DNA from: a virus
DNA: 64,000 nt
Virus record (IMG/VR): IMGVR_UViG_3300034031_000020
Coordinates: 15,452 to 79,451 of that record
Reading direction: 5' to 3' (one strand)
In this document: in pieces, positions 27,676-38,000 of the stretch
Numbering within the stretch: the first letter of the stretch is position 1
Layout: every line of letters starts with the position of its first letter
Program-made: the position numbers and the translations under genes
Notes under the pieces: generated by a model
The model's input: only the letters and a program-made list of their open reading frames with translations
Told to the model about the DNA's origin: nothing
Databases searched by the model: none

Positions 27676-28020
27676 ATGACGTCACCGACGGTCGGCCGTA
27701 TCCCCGCCGAGATGACGCCCGCTACCGAGCTGGTCGAGGTCGAACCCGCCGAGACGGTGAAAGAGCACGTGTCGACGCTGCTCTCCAACGTCGCGATCCT
27801 GGCGATGGTCGTCGGCCTGACCTGGGGCCTGTGGTCGCACCTCGGCCCGTGGGCGCTGTGCGCCGGGGGTTTCGCGCTGGCCGTCCTGGTGAGCGTCACC
27901 GACTTCGCCCGTCGGCCCCAGCTACTCCCCGAGGCCGAGCCCGCCCCACCGCCGAAGGGCCCTCCGGGGCCGACGTCGGCGGGCAACCTCCACACGAAGG
28001 GACCGGGTGCTGAGTCATGA
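27676..28020 (+). CDS. Small membrane protein preceding portal
   Basis: Two hydrophobic helices; ATGA coupling to the portal. Confidence 0.7.
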   Translation: MTSPTVGRIPAEMTPATELVEVEPAETVKEHVSTLLSNVAILAMVVGLTWGLWSHLGPWALCAGGFALAVLVSVTDFARRPQLLPEAEPAPPPKGPPGPTSAGNLHTKGPGAES

Positions 28021-29387
28021 GCCAGTGGTCGAGGGCGTACACCCGCCCCCGCGCGACGCGGGCGTTCACCGGCATCTCCGGGGCCTCCGAGACCCTGGCC
28101 GGAGTCACCATCCCCGGCCGTGGGGGCGCGGGACGGCACGGGACAGTCCAGGTGACCGAGTCGAAAGCCATGACCCACTCGGCGTACTGGGCGTGTCTGC
28201 GCCTGCGGGCGGACCTGTTGTCGACGTTCCCCGCCGACGTGTACCGCGACTTCGAGGGCATCGCCATCGAGATGCCGAAACCGCCCGTCATGGTCGACCC
28301 GGGTGGGGTGGAGTGGGACTTCGTCGACTGGATGTGGGCCAGCCAGCGGGACCTCGACTCCACCGGCAACGCGATCGGGATCATCCGGGAACGCAACGCG
28401 ATCTCCACCCGCTACTACCCCGACGGCCTCCCCTCGATGATCGAACTGGCGGACACCCGGGGCTGCTCCATCGTGGTGCACAAGGGGAAGAAGCAATACC
28501 GCATCGACGGGAAGTTCTACAACCCGAACGAGGTCTACCACGAACGGCAGTACCGGATGTCGGGCTCCCCGGTGGGCCTGTCCCCGCTCATCATGGCGGC
28601 GGCGTCCGTCGGCGAGTACCTGTCCCTCCAGCAGTACGGCTTGGACTGGTTCCAGGGCGGCGGCATCCCGAAGGCGTGGATGCAGAACACCCGCAAGTCG
28701 CTCCAGGATGAGGAGCGGACGGCGGCGAAACAGTGGTATCAGGACACCGTCGGTAACGGCGACCTGATGGTCACGGGCCGTGACTGGGAATACAACATGA
28801 TCCAGGCGGAGACGGCGGGCATGGAGTGGCTGGAGGGCCGCCGGTACGGCATCGCCGAGGTGTGCCGGTTCCTGTCGACGCCGCCGGAGATGGTCCACGG
28901 CGCGGTGTCAGGCCAGTCGGTGACGTACGCGAACGTCACCCAGGCGAACCTCCAGTTCCTGATCATGCACCTTGCCCCGGCTGTGATCCGGCGGGAGAAG
29001 AACCTGTCGAAGTTCCTCCCGATGCCGCGTTACGTGAAGTTCAACACCGACGCGCTGTTGCGCATGGACCCGAAGACCCGCCAGGACGTCCTCCGCTCAC
29101 GGTTGGAGACGTGGCAGGTCACGAACGCTGAGGCGCGCAAGCTCGACAACTTCGAACCCCTCAGCGCTGCCGACAAGGCCGAGATGGTGGAGATCTACGG
29201 TGCGCCGCAGATCGGTAAGGGCCCGAAGCCCGAACCGGCTCCAGCTCCCGGCCAAAGCTCGCCCGGACAGGGCGACGAGACGAACACACCGGCGATCCCC
29301 GCCGAGGCGACGTGGTCGCCGGAGCTACGGGAGATCTCCGAGTTCGCTCACCGCGTCGAGAAGATGGCGGAGCTGACGGCGGCATGA
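28017..29387 (+). CDS. Portal protein (HK97 family)
   Basis: AYWACLRLRAD, GNA, GLSP, YANV, TNAEAR..DN..P motifs. Confidence 0.92.
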   Translation: MSQWSRAYTRPRATRAFTGISGASETLAGVTIPGRGGAGRHGTVQVTESKAMTHSAYWACLRLRADLLSTFPADVYRDFEGIAIEMPKPPVMVDPGGVEWDFVDWMWASQRDLDSTGNAIGIIRERNAISTRYYPDGLPSMIELADTRGCSIVVHKGKKQYRIDGKFYNPNEVYHERQYRMSGSPVGLSPLIMAAASVGEYLSLQQYGLDWFQGGGIPKAWMQNTRKSLQDEERTAAKQWYQDTVGNGDLMVTGRDWEYNMIQAETAGMEWLEGRRYGIAEVCRFLSTPPEMVHGAVSGQSVTYANVTQANLQFLIMHLAPAVIRREKNLSKFLPMPRYVKFNTDALLRMDPKTRQDVLRSRLETWQVTNAEARKLDNFEPLSAADKAEMVEIYGAPQIGKGPKPEPAPAPGQSSPGQGDETNTPAIPAEATWSPELREISEFAHRVEKMAELTAA

Positions 29388-29400
29388 GAGAGGCGAAGGC

Positions 29401-31227
29401 ATGGCGGATTCACTTCACCGGCGTCGGCTGGCGGATCTAGTCGATTCGACGGCGAACCGGGTCATCGAGCAGGCGGTTACGGACGACGTCCCGATCACGG
29501 AGCTGCGCGCGATGCGGCTGCGCTGGTACGAGATGCGCGCGGCCACCCCGGACCGGGTGCCGGGCGGCGGCACGGCGGCGAACGTCTACATCTACGACAA
29601 GATCGGCGGGAGTCTCGGGGTGAACGCGAAGACGTTCGCCGCCGACCTCGCGGACCTCGACGTCGACACGATCCACCTGCGGATCAACTCGCCGGGCGGG
29701 TCGGTGTTCGACGCGCTCGCCATCATGAACACGCTGCGGCAGCACCCGTCACGGGTCGTCGCGCACATCGACGGGATCGCGGCGAGCGCGGCCTCCGTGG
29801 TGATGCTGGGTGCGGACGAGATCGTCGTGGAGCCCGGCGGCGAGGTGATGACACACAACGCGTCGACGACCGCCGACGGCCAGCCGACGATGCTGCGCCA
29901 GGTCGCGACGTGGCTGGAGCGGCAGTCCGACAACATCGCCGACCTGTACGCGCAGCGGTCCGGGGCGACCCGGGAGCAGTGGCAGCAGCTCATGGACGAG
30001 GAGACCTGGTTTTACGGCGACGAGGCCGTTCAGATCGGCCTCGCGGACCGGGCGGAGACCCTGCGCGGCCCGGCGCCGGTCCCGGACGCTGACATGGCGG
30101 AGCGGATGCGCAAACGACACAGCCTCCAGGCGTTCCGCTACCAGGGCCGTGCGGCGCAACCGACCACCCCGGTCCTTCCCGAACCGATGATCAGGAAGGC
30201 GGCACCTGTGACGACGACCAGGACCGCTCGGGGTGGGGTGCCGTCCGAGGTCCGTGACGCGGCGCAGCTCCGCCGCCGCGCGTTCGACCGGCGGATGATG
30301 ACCCGTTCGGCTCCCGCCGGGATCACCGTGCAGTCCCGCCGGTCCCCGGCCGGTGGGGACATCGTCCACGACATGGTCGAGCTGCGCGGCAGGCAGATGC
30401 ACCGGACGAAGGGGTACTTCACGGTCTACAACCGTGGCTATGAGATGTGGGACGCGTTCGGCCCGTATCAGGAGGCCGTCGTGGACGGCTCCGGCACGGA
30501 GACGATCGGCCAGGGCCCGGACTGTATCTTCCTGGTGAATCACACCGGCTTGGCGCTGGCCCGGACCGGCGGCACGTGGAATCAGCACCGGGGGACCCTG
30601 GAGTTGTCGGAGGACACGAACGGCGGTCACCACGTCGGCTACCTCAACCCGGCGAACTCGTACGTCCAGGACCTGGTCCCGCTCATGGACGACGGTGTGA
30701 TCACGGAGATGTCTTACGCCTTCATGATCACGGACGGTTGGTGGAACGACGACTTCACCCGCTTCGAGATCCGCCGCTACGACATGGAGCGCGGTGACGT
30801 GTCCGCCGTCAACTACGGGGCCAACCCGTACACGGACATCTCCGCCCGCGCCGCTGAGGTCCTCGACGAGTTGGAGAGCCTGCCGCCGGGCGCGATCCGG
30901 GAGGCCCACCTCCGGCTCGGCCGCCGGATCGAGTCGTACGAGCAGCTCCTCCGGGACGTCGACCCGGGTCGCGCGGCGCGCATCGCGGACGTCGCCCTGG
31001 AGTCCCGCGCCGTCGGCGGGGAGTCCACCGACGACGAGATCTCAGCGGCGGAGAAGTGGGTCGCGGAGGCCCTCGGCCGGGGCGGAGCGGGCCCCGGCGT
31101 CGGGTCCGGTACTCCTGACCTGCCGCAAGACGCAACCAAGGTCATTGACAACACGGCCCCTGAAGGGCCTACCGTGGCATCGTACGAGGCACTAGCGGCG
31201 TCGATCGGGATCAAGCTCCCTCAGTAA
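29401..31227 (+). CDS. Fused ClpP-type (S14) + HK97-type (S78) prohead protease
   Basis: INSPGGSVFDA, DGIAASAAS, MTHNAS, ETWF; then FLVNH..LART, MSYAF, DVSAVNYGANP. Confidence 0.88.
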   Translation: MADSLHRRRLADLVDSTANRVIEQAVTDDVPITELRAMRLRWYEMRAATPDRVPGGGTAANVYIYDKIGGSLGVNAKTFAADLADLDVDTIHLRINSPGGSVFDALAIMNTLRQHPSRVVAHIDGIAASAASVVMLGADEIVVEPGGEVMTHNASTTADGQPTMLRQVATWLERQSDNIADLYAQRSGATREQWQQLMDEETWFYGDEAVQIGLADRAETLRGPAPVPDADMAERMRKRHSLQAFRYQGRAAQPTTPVLPEPMIRKAAPVTTTRTARGGVPSEVRDAAQLRRRAFDRRMMTRSAPAGITVQSRRSPAGGDIVHDMVELRGRQMHRTKGYFTVYNRGYEMWDAFGPYQEAVVDGSGTETIGQGPDCIFLVNHTGLALARTGGTWNQHRGTLELSEDTNGGHHVGYLNPANSYVQDLVPLMDDGVITEMSYAFMITDGWWNDDFTRFEIRRYDMERGDVSAVNYGANPYTDISARAAEVLDELESLPPGAIREAHLRLGRRIESYEQLLRDVDPGRAARIADVALESRAVGGESTDDEISAAEKWVAEALGRGGAGPGVGSGTPDLPQDATKVIDNTAPEGPTVASYEALAASIGIKLPQ

Positions 31228-31389
31228 GCGGGATCCCACCCGGCGTCGCCAGCACCCGGCCAGCCCCTCCATAGCTGCCGGACGCCGAGACGCACCCACC
31301 CGTACCTGAGCACCAACGGGCACCGTGCGCGGCCGTCCATACCGGCAGCGGACCCGATCAGGTCACCATTCCTGACTCGGAGATCAATC

Positions 31390-32844
31390 ATGGGCCAAAG
31401 CCTGGAAAGTCTGGTCACCTCGATCGAGGTGGAACTGGAGAACGCCAACCGGCGCAAAGAGCGCGCAGCGCAGCGGGTCGTCGAGATCCTGTCGTCGGCC
31501 CGCCGTGAGGGCAACGCCACCCTCTCCCCTGCGGAGCAGGAGGAGATCAACCGCGAGTTCCAGAACCGTCAGGTCGCTGAGAGCGACATCGACGGGATCA
31601 AGGTCAAGCTGGAGTCCGCGAAGCGGATCCAGACCCTCGAACTTCAGAACGACGTCGGTCTCAGGGAACGCACTCCCGTCGACGCGAGCACCAGCGGCGG
31701 GGATGTCGCCCGCACCCAGTACGGGGCCCGCGCGTACGACGAGGTCGCCCGCATCGGGCAGGAGAAGCGGACCTACAGCCCCGACAACTGCCGCAAGGGC
31801 ACCGAGTTCCTCGCCGACGTCATCGCGTCGTACGCCCACAACGAGGAGGCGTCGTTCCGGCTCCGGGCGCACATGCGTGAGGAGCGCGTCGAGCGCGGCG
31901 CGTACCTGGAGAAGCGGGCCAACGTCGGCACGTCGAACTTCGCGGGCCTCGTCGTCCCGCAGTACCTGACGGACCTGTACGCCCCGGCGGTCGCGGCCCT
32001 GCGGCCGTTCGCGGACATCTGCAACCAGCACGACCTCCCCGAGAACGGGATGACCGTCAACATCTCCCGCATCACGACCACCACGGCGGCGGGGATCCAG
32101 ACGGAAGGCAACGCGGCACCCACGGCGGACATCGACGACACCCTCCTGTCGGAGAATGTCCAGACCGCCGCCGGGTACGCCGACCTGACCCGCCAGGCCA
32201 TCGAGCGTGGGTCCGGTGTCGAGGAAGTCACCATGGACGACCTGATGCGCCGGTTCGCGACGTCGCTGGACGGGACGCTGCTCACCCAGGCGACGACGGG
32301 CCTCACGAACGTGTCGGCGGCGACCACGTTCGACGACACGACACCGACGGTGCCGGAGCTGTGGCCCAAGTTCCTCGGCGCCATGGCGAACGCTGAAGGC
32401 GCCCTGTTGGGTATGGCGTTCCCCGACTACATCATCATGCACTCCCGGCGCTGGTACTGGCTTCAGAGCTACCTCGGCTCGCAGTACCCGTTCATCGGCC
32501 AGCCCGGCATCCCCCCGACTCAGGGCGGTGTCGCCAACGGCAACGGCTACAACCAGGGCGTACGCGGCACCCTCCCGAACGGGATGCGGGTCATCGTCGA
32601 CAACAACATCGCGACGAACGGCGGCGTCGGCACCAACCAGGACGAGATTTACGTGGTCGCGTCGTCGGAGTGTCACCTGTGGGAGGACCCGAACGCCCCG
32701 GTCTTCATCCGCGCGGAGCAGCCCCTGGCGCACCAGCTCGCGGTCCGGCTCGTCATGTACGGGTACTTCGCGTACAGCTTCCGCCGGTACACGAACGCGC
32801 AGCAGAAGATCGCCGGTACCGGCCTCGTCAGTCCGTCGTTCTGA
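31390..32844 (+). CDS. Major capsid protein (HK97 fold, N-terminal coiled-coil delta domain)
   Basis: Position, size, coiled-coil N-terminus, GLVVPQYL motif. Confidence 0.9.
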   Translation: MGQSLESLVTSIEVELENANRRKERAAQRVVEILSSARREGNATLSPAEQEEINREFQNRQVAESDIDGIKVKLESAKRIQTLELQNDVGLRERTPVDASTSGGDVARTQYGARAYDEVARIGQEKRTYSPDNCRKGTEFLADVIASYAHNEEASFRLRAHMREERVERGAYLEKRANVGTSNFAGLVVPQYLTDLYAPAVAALRPFADICNQHDLPENGMTVNISRITTTTAAGIQTEGNAAPTADIDDTLLSENVQTAAGYADLTRQAIERGSGVEEVTMDDLMRRFATSLDGTLLTQATTGLTNVSAATTFDDTTPTVPELWPKFLGAMANAEGALLGMAFPDYIIMHSRRWYWLQSYLGSQYPFIGQPGIPPTQGGVANGNGYNQGVRGTLPNGMRVIVDNNIATNGGVGTNQDEIYVVASSECHLWEDPNAPVFIRAEQPLAHQLAVRLVMYGYFAYSFRRYTNAQQKIAGTGLVSPSF

Positions 32845-32856
32845 TAGGCGGCTGAC

Positions 32857-33240
32857 ATGGCGAAGCTCCAGGCCATCGGCGCGGGTGGGATGCCGGACTC
32901 CGTCCTGCTCTCCACCGCGCAGACGGGCAACGGCAACTCGACGGACACGCTGGATCGCCTCGGTGGCCTGGAGGCGTGCCTACTGGAGATCACCACGACG
33001 GTCGGGGCGACCCCGACGGTGACGGTCGACGTTCAAGGCACAGCGGACGACGTCGGCTGGTGGAACGTCCCCTACGCGGACATAGCCACACCCAGTACGT
33101 GGGCGGTCGCGGCGCTCGTCATCACCACGGCGGGGACGCGGCGGCTCATCCTGCCCGCGAACATCCCGTGGCGGGGTCTGCGGCTCGTCTACTCGGCGAA
33201 CACGAACGTCACGACCACGGCGAAGGTGACTGTCTTCTGA
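32857..33240 (+). CDS. Probable capsid-associated/decoration protein
   Basis: Small beta-rich ORF directly after the capsid gene. Confidence 0.55.
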   Translation: MAKLQAIGAGGMPDSVLLSTAQTGNGNSTDTLDRLGGLEACLLEITTTVGATPTVTVDVQGTADDVGWWNVPYADIATPSTWAVAALVITTAGTRRLILPANIPWRGLRLVYSANTNVTTTAKVTVF

Positions 33241-33782
33241 TGCGACTGATCCGATCGTTTCCGGACCCGACCCCTGAGGGGCGGAACTACATCGTCGACG
33301 ACGCCGAGCGGGTGCTGAACACCGGCTACTCGTATAGGGGTCTCGTCGCGGTGGGCGACGATCTGATCCACCTGGACTGGGACATGGCGGTCAGCCGGGA
33401 GGACCTGGAGCGGTTCGCGACCCGGGCCCGGCAGGCGCCGGACCGTGTGCTCGTCGGTCCGCAGCGCGTCGACGTCGGTGACGGCCGTCGGCACCTGCGG
33501 GAGCCGGTGTGGAACATGCGCCGTTACGTGGGCCCTGCGATGGAGCACGTCCCGACGGGCGCACCGACCTGTGACCTGTACGGGTTCGGGATGGTGTACC
33601 TGCCGGGGAAGCTGCTGCGCGCGTTCGAGGACCGGTGGCGGGCCGAACTGGACGATGGGTCGGTGCGCTTCGACGACACCGGGTTCGCGGGGTGGACCAC
33701 GAAGGAGCAGGGGCCCGCCGAGATCGACTGGTCGGTCCGGCCGGTCCACCTTCACTACGCGATCTCGGAGGTGATCCGGTGA
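33240..33782 (+). CDS. Minimal GT-A-fold glycosyltransferase-like protein
   Basis: LIHLDWD (DxD), GFGMVYL, DDTGF and VHLH motifs. Confidence 0.65.
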   Translation: MRLIRSFPDPTPEGRNYIVDDAERVLNTGYSYRGLVAVGDDLIHLDWDMAVSREDLERFATRARQAPDRVLVGPQRVDVGDGRRHLREPVWNMRRYVGPAMEHVPTGAPTCDLYGFGMVYLPGKLLRAFEDRWRAELDDGSVRFDDTGFAGWTTKEQGPAEIDWSVRPVHLHYAISEVIR

Positions 33783-34369
33783 AGCTCTACACCGTCGAGG
33801 AGCAGCTCCGGGCGGACATGTGGAACGTCGCCTACACGGCCCACCACGACTACCGGGCGTGGCAGAACGTCGCCGAACTGGCCGAGGTCCTGTACCGGGT
33901 CGCGCACGAAGACGTCCGCGTCGTCGTGGAGATCGGGTCGGCGTGGGGCGGCACCCTCTACGCGTGGAGTCAGCTCCCCACGGAGCCGTTGGTGTTCGGC
34001 GTGACAATGGATCACTTCGGGTTGCCGGAGTACGACCACGGCGCGGTGGTCCTGGAGGGCGACAGTCACGACCGGATCACGTTGCAGCGGCTGAAGGACC
34101 AGCTCGGCGGCAGGCCCGTGGATGTGCTGTTCATCGACGGGGACCACACCTACGACGGGGCCCGGCAGGACTGGTTGATGTATGCCCCCCTCGTCCGGGA
34201 CGGCGGCCTCGTGCTGCTCCACGACATCGTGTGTGCGGGCGAGCCGGATGTGGCCCGGGTGTGGGCTGAGATCCGCGCGGGTGGCCCGGAATGGACCGAC
34301 GAGGTCATAGCGAAGGCCGGGAAACCGCTCGGCTTCGGGATCGTGCGAATGGCAGGAGTGAAGCAATGA
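33779..34369 (+). CDS. Class I SAM-dependent methyltransferase (Methyltransf_24-like)
   Basis: VVEIGSAWGG, GDS, DVLFIDGDHTY, GGLVLLHD. Confidence 0.9.
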   Translation: MKLYTVEEQLRADMWNVAYTAHHDYRAWQNVAELAEVLYRVAHEDVRVVVEIGSAWGGTLYAWSQLPTEPLVFGVTMDHFGLPEYDHGAVVLEGDSHDRITLQRLKDQLGGRPVDVLFIDGDHTYDGARQDWLMYAPLVRDGGLVLLHDIVCAGEPDVARVWAEIRAGGPEWTDEVIAKAGKPLGFGIVRMAGVKQ

Positions 34370-35040
34370 CGCAGGACGCCGCCGACAAGGCGCATGAGGA
34401 CAAGGTCGAAGCGACCGCCGACGGGGAGCGCCTCGTCGCGCACAGCACCTTCACCGAGGGGGACCGGGAGCTGCGGACCCTGATGGACGAGGCCGAAGCG
34501 GAGCGGGTCGCCGGGTACCAGGAGGCCGGGTATGTGGGTTCGCCACTGTCCGGTGACTATCACGCCGCCCGCCGGGCGGCGAAGCAGGGCGGCGCGATCG
34601 TCGCGGGGGTCGGCGGCGGCACCGTCGATGACCCGTCAGCGGCCGTCGTCGACCAGATCAGGGAGGCCATGGTGCAGGAGAACCAGGCGGCGGGCGCGGC
34701 CCGTCGGGCGGCGGGCCAGCGGCGCGGTAGCGGCCCGCAGAGCCGCCGGAGCCGGGCCGACGTCGTCCAGGAGGGCGCCTCGTCCACCGGGCAGACCGGT
34801 GGTCTACGGCCGGGCGCAGCCGAGGGTGTCGGCAAGTCCGCGAGCTCGACGGGCACCGACACCACCGACCGGGGTATGGACGCGTCCGTCGGGTCGGCCC
34901 CGGCGAACCCGGACCCGGGTACGAAGAACACCCCGCAGGACCGGCCGGACAGCCAGGCCGCCAGCACCGGCGGGAACGTCACCGGCGGCAAGGGCGGCAG
35001 CGCGAAGCCCCCGACGAAGACCGGGACGAAGGCGAACTGA
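34366..35040 (+). CDS. Hypothetical low-complexity protein in head module
   Basis: GGAG RBS, ATGA coupling. Confidence 0.65.
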   Translation: MTQDAADKAHEDKVEATADGERLVAHSTFTEGDRELRTLMDEAEAERVAGYQEAGYVGSPLSGDYHAARRAAKQGGAIVAGVGGGTVDDPSAAVVDQIREAMVQENQAAGAARRAAGQRRGSGPQSRRSRADVVQEGASSTGQTGGLRPGAAEGVGKSASSTGTDTTDRGMDASVGSAPANPDPGTKNTPQDRPDSQAASTGGNVTGGKGGSAKPPTKTGTKAN

Positions 35041-35043
35041 CCC

Positions 35044-35898
35044 ATGCTGTTCCGGGTGCTGCGCACAGCGAAGGCGACCCTCACGCGGACGCTCTACCTC
35101 GACGAGGTAGCGACCGACGCGACGGGGGCCGTCGGCGTGGCCGTGGCGAAGCCGGACGGCACCGTCGTGCAGACGGCCAGCATCCCGGCGCCGGACGCCG
35201 ACCACGGGTACACGTTCACGTGGCAGGGGTCCGACGACCTCGCGGAACTGGATCTGGCGTGGAGCGCCACGGTCGGGGGCGACGCGATCGTCCTCGACCG
35301 TGACGTCATTCAGGTCGTCGGGGGTTTCTATTTCGGCCTGTCGGAGGCCCGGGGGATCGACCCGAAGTTCAAGGACACCGCCCGCTTCACCACGCAGGAC
35401 CTGGTGGACCGCCGCATTGAGGTCGAAGACGAGTTCGAGGCGATCTGTGAGCAGGCTTTCGTCCCCCGGTACTGCCGGGAGGTCCTGTCCGGGACCGGCA
35501 CGAACGTCATCAAACTGAGGTGGCCGCGCCTGCGCCGGGTCCTGTCGGTGACCGTCGCCGGGGTCGGCTACGCACCGGCGACGGTGGCCGGGTTCGGCCC
35601 GGACATGCTGGGGCTGCTGCGCCATGACGGGATCTGGCCGCGCGGTGTCGGCAACGTCGTCGTGGAGTACGAGCACGGCATGGACCGCCCACCGACGGAC
35701 ATCGCCCGGGTGTCGAAGCTGAGGATGAAGTCGATGCTGCTGACGTCCCAGTCACCGCTCCCGGACCGGGCGGAGCGGATCGCGACGACGGAGATGGGTC
35801 TCGTGACCCTGGCCGTCGCGACCGCGCGGACCACCGGCATCCCCGAGGTGGACGCCGCCCTGGACCGGCACCCGTCGCCGCGCCCCGGGTTCGGGTGA
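35044..35898 (+). CDS. Head-to-tail adaptor/connector
   Basis: Position; NVVVEYEHG..P and TGIPEVDAAL.R motifs. Confidence 0.75.
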   Translation: MLFRVLRTAKATLTRTLYLDEVATDATGAVGVAVAKPDGTVVQTASIPAPDADHGYTFTWQGSDDLAELDLAWSATVGGDAIVLDRDVIQVVGGFYFGLSEARGIDPKFKDTARFTTQDLVDRRIEVEDEFEAICEQAFVPRYCREVLSGTGTNVIKLRWPRLRRVLSVTVAGVGYAPATVAGFGPDMLGLLRHDGIWPRGVGNVVVEYEHGMDRPPTDIARVSKLRMKSMLLTSQSPLPDRAERIATTEMGLVTLAVATARTTGIPEVDAALDRHPSPRPGFG

Positions 35899-35902
35899 TC
35901 AC

Positions 35903-36412
35903 ATGACGATCATCATGGCGTGGCCCCTGAAGCGGTCGGCGATCGCCCGGATCAAGTCCATCGCCGCCGGTACGCAGTCCCCGCCGATGGGGGCCGAGCT
36001 GCTGGTGTCGACGCCGGACCGGCCGATCCAGGTGGAGCATTACCTCCCCGCCGAACCGGACCCGATCTGTGTGTTCGGCACCCCGTTGTCGTTCTCCCGC
36101 CGGGAGATCACCGGGGAGTCCGGGCGTGGGGCGTGGTCGAACATCGTGTCGACGGGGCAGATCGAGACGATCCCGTTCGAGATCCGGGTCCGGGTGTACG
36201 AACCCGGTGAGGACGTCGAAGTGGTGGACCGGACCCTCGGCGACACCCTGTCCGCCGTCGCGACGGCGATCCTCGCGACACCGCTGTTCGAGCAGGGCCG
36301 GATCTACCTGTCGGGCGGCAGGCAGGACCCAACCGCGCTGGCCCCGTCGCCGGAGCCGTCGGTGACGGCGAATGCGGTCCTCATCTTCACGGCTGAGGTG
36401 ATCACGTTCTGA
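35903..36412 (+). CDS. Head-tail/tail terminator-region protein
   Basis: Synteny. Confidence 0.6.
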   Translation: MTIIMAWPLKRSAIARIKSIAAGTQSPPMGAELLVSTPDRPIQVEHYLPAEPDPICVFGTPLSFSRREITGESGRGAWSNIVSTGQIETIPFEIRVRVYEPGEDVEVVDRTLGDTLSAVATAILATPLFEQGRIYLSGGRQDPTALAPSPEPSVTANAVLIFTAEVITF

Positions 36413-36711
36413 TGGCCACCAGAGTCGACGTCGACGTCACCGTCTTCGAGGGGTCGATCCGGGAGATAGCCCGGGGCCCCGAACTGCACAGCTACCTGCG
36501 ACGCGCCGTCGACGAGGTGGCGGAGGGGATGCGTTCCGGCGCCCCCGTCCGGTCCGGCGCGGGCAGGGCATCGATCCGGGGTCAGGTCCACATGGGCCCG
36601 GACGGCTGGTACGGCACGGCGAGTTGGGACACCCGGCACTACTACATGGGCATTCTCAACAGCCGTCGCCAGTTCGCGGAGCCCGCAATCATGCGGGTCC
36701 GTTACGTCTGA
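36412..36711 (+). CDS. HK97 gp10-like tail completion protein
   Basis: APVRSG..RASI motif. Confidence 0.7.
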   Translation: MATRVDVDVTVFEGSIREIARGPELHSYLRRAVDEVAEGMRSGAPVRSGAGRASIRGQVHMGPDGWYGTASWDTRHYYMGILNSRRQFAEPAIMRVRYV

Positions 36712-36727
36712 GAAGGAGGGATCGACG

Positions 36728-37384
36728 GTGGCACTGAGCGACGCCGATCGAGAACTGATGGAGCTTCAGCGCTCCCTGAGTGCCAGCGGCGCGGGCCCGG
36801 CCGGTCTCCCGAGCGGGGCGGCGGTCGCGGCGGACCCGTCCGTGATCCGAACCTGGGAGCTGCGGCAGGCCGCGCAGCGCGAGGCGTACGGCCAGTACGT
36901 GGCCGACGGGGACATCTACATCGGGAACGCGCACACGTTCTCCAGCGGGCAACAGGTGCCATTGGAGCATGTGATCCGGTTCCAGCTCGTCGAGCGGGAA
37001 CAGGTCAACCGGGTCGCTACCCCCGACATGGCGCGCCTCGGGAAGGTCTTCGAGGACGACGAGTCGTTCCTGGCGGCGAACCCGCACCTGAGCGGCCGTC
37101 GGCGGCTCGCCTCGGCGGGGGAGTTGCACCCGTCAGCCCTGGACCCCCGGGGCGGGGCGGCGGCGATCGACGACGCCCGTAAGCGCGGCGAGGCCGGGGA
37201 CGAGACCCGGCCCGGTGACGGCAGCGACGAACGGCAGCGCGCCGTCGACATGCAGGCCGAGAAGATCGGCGACGTCGACGTGTCCAACCGGGACGCCGAC
37301 GACGACAAGACGAGCGGTGGTAAGGCATCCACCGCGAAGAGCTCCACCAAGGGCAGCCGGACCTCCGGCACGAAGGAGGACTGA
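36728..37384 (+). CDS. Hypothetical protein
   Basis: AAGGAGG RBS; ORF in the structural operon. Confidence 0.65.
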   Translation: MALSDADRELMELQRSLSASGAGPAGLPSGAAVAADPSVIRTWELRQAAQREAYGQYVADGDIYIGNAHTFSSGQQVPLEHVIRFQLVEREQVNRVATPDMARLGKVFEDDESFLAANPHLSGRRRLASAGELHPSALDPRGGAAAIDDARKRGEAGDETRPGDGSDERQRAVDMQAEKIGDVDVSNRDADDDKTSGGKASTAKSSTKGSRTSGTKED

Positions 37385-37387
37385 CCG

Positions 37388-37978
37388 GTGCCTACCGTCG
37401 CAACCCCGTATCTGATGCTCGACCCCGGGTTCATGTGGCACGCCCCCGCGAACACGTTGTTCCCCGTGGGCGGCGGCACGGCCGCTGGTTCCATGTTCAC
37501 CGACGCGCCGTCGGTGACGTGGTACGAGATCGGCGCGACCGAGGCCGGGCACACGTTCTCGTACAGCCAGTCGATCGAGGCCATCAACGTGGCCGAGTTC
37601 GCGGACCCGGTGAAGTGGCGCACCACGGCCCGGCAGGGGTCCATGTCGTTCAACCTGGCCGACTACACCCTGAAGAACCTTCAGCGGGCCCTGAACGGTG
37701 GCTCGTTGACCGCAGTGTCCGGCACGGGCGCGACCCTGATCAGTAAGTGGGTGCCCCCGGTCGTCGGTTCGGAGACCCGGGCCGCGCTGCTGTGGCAGTC
37801 CCTCGACGGGACGATGCGGATCTTCATGTACCAGACGGTCCAGGTCAACGAGATGGAATCGGCGTTCAAGAAAGCCCCCGACTACGCCGTCATCCCCTGT
37901 GACTTCCGCTTCGAGATCGACGCGTCGGGCAACATCTTCGAGGTCTTCGCCGCCGGTCCGACCCGGCTCGGTAGCTGA
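37388..37978 (+). CDS. Major tail (tube) protein
   Basis: W.EIGATE.G.TF.Y pattern; precedes chaperone and tape measure genes. Confidence 0.8.
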   Translation: MPTVATPYLMLDPGFMWHAPANTLFPVGGGTAAGSMFTDAPSVTWYEIGATEAGHTFSYSQSIEAINVAEFADPVKWRTTARQGSMSFNLADYTLKNLQRALNGGSLTAVSGTGATLISKWVPPVVGSETRAALLWQSLDGTMRIFMYQTVQVNEMESAFKKAPDYAVIPCDFRFEIDASGNIFEVFAAGPTRLGS

Positions 37979-38000
37979 CCCACCTCCGGAAGGGGCACAC

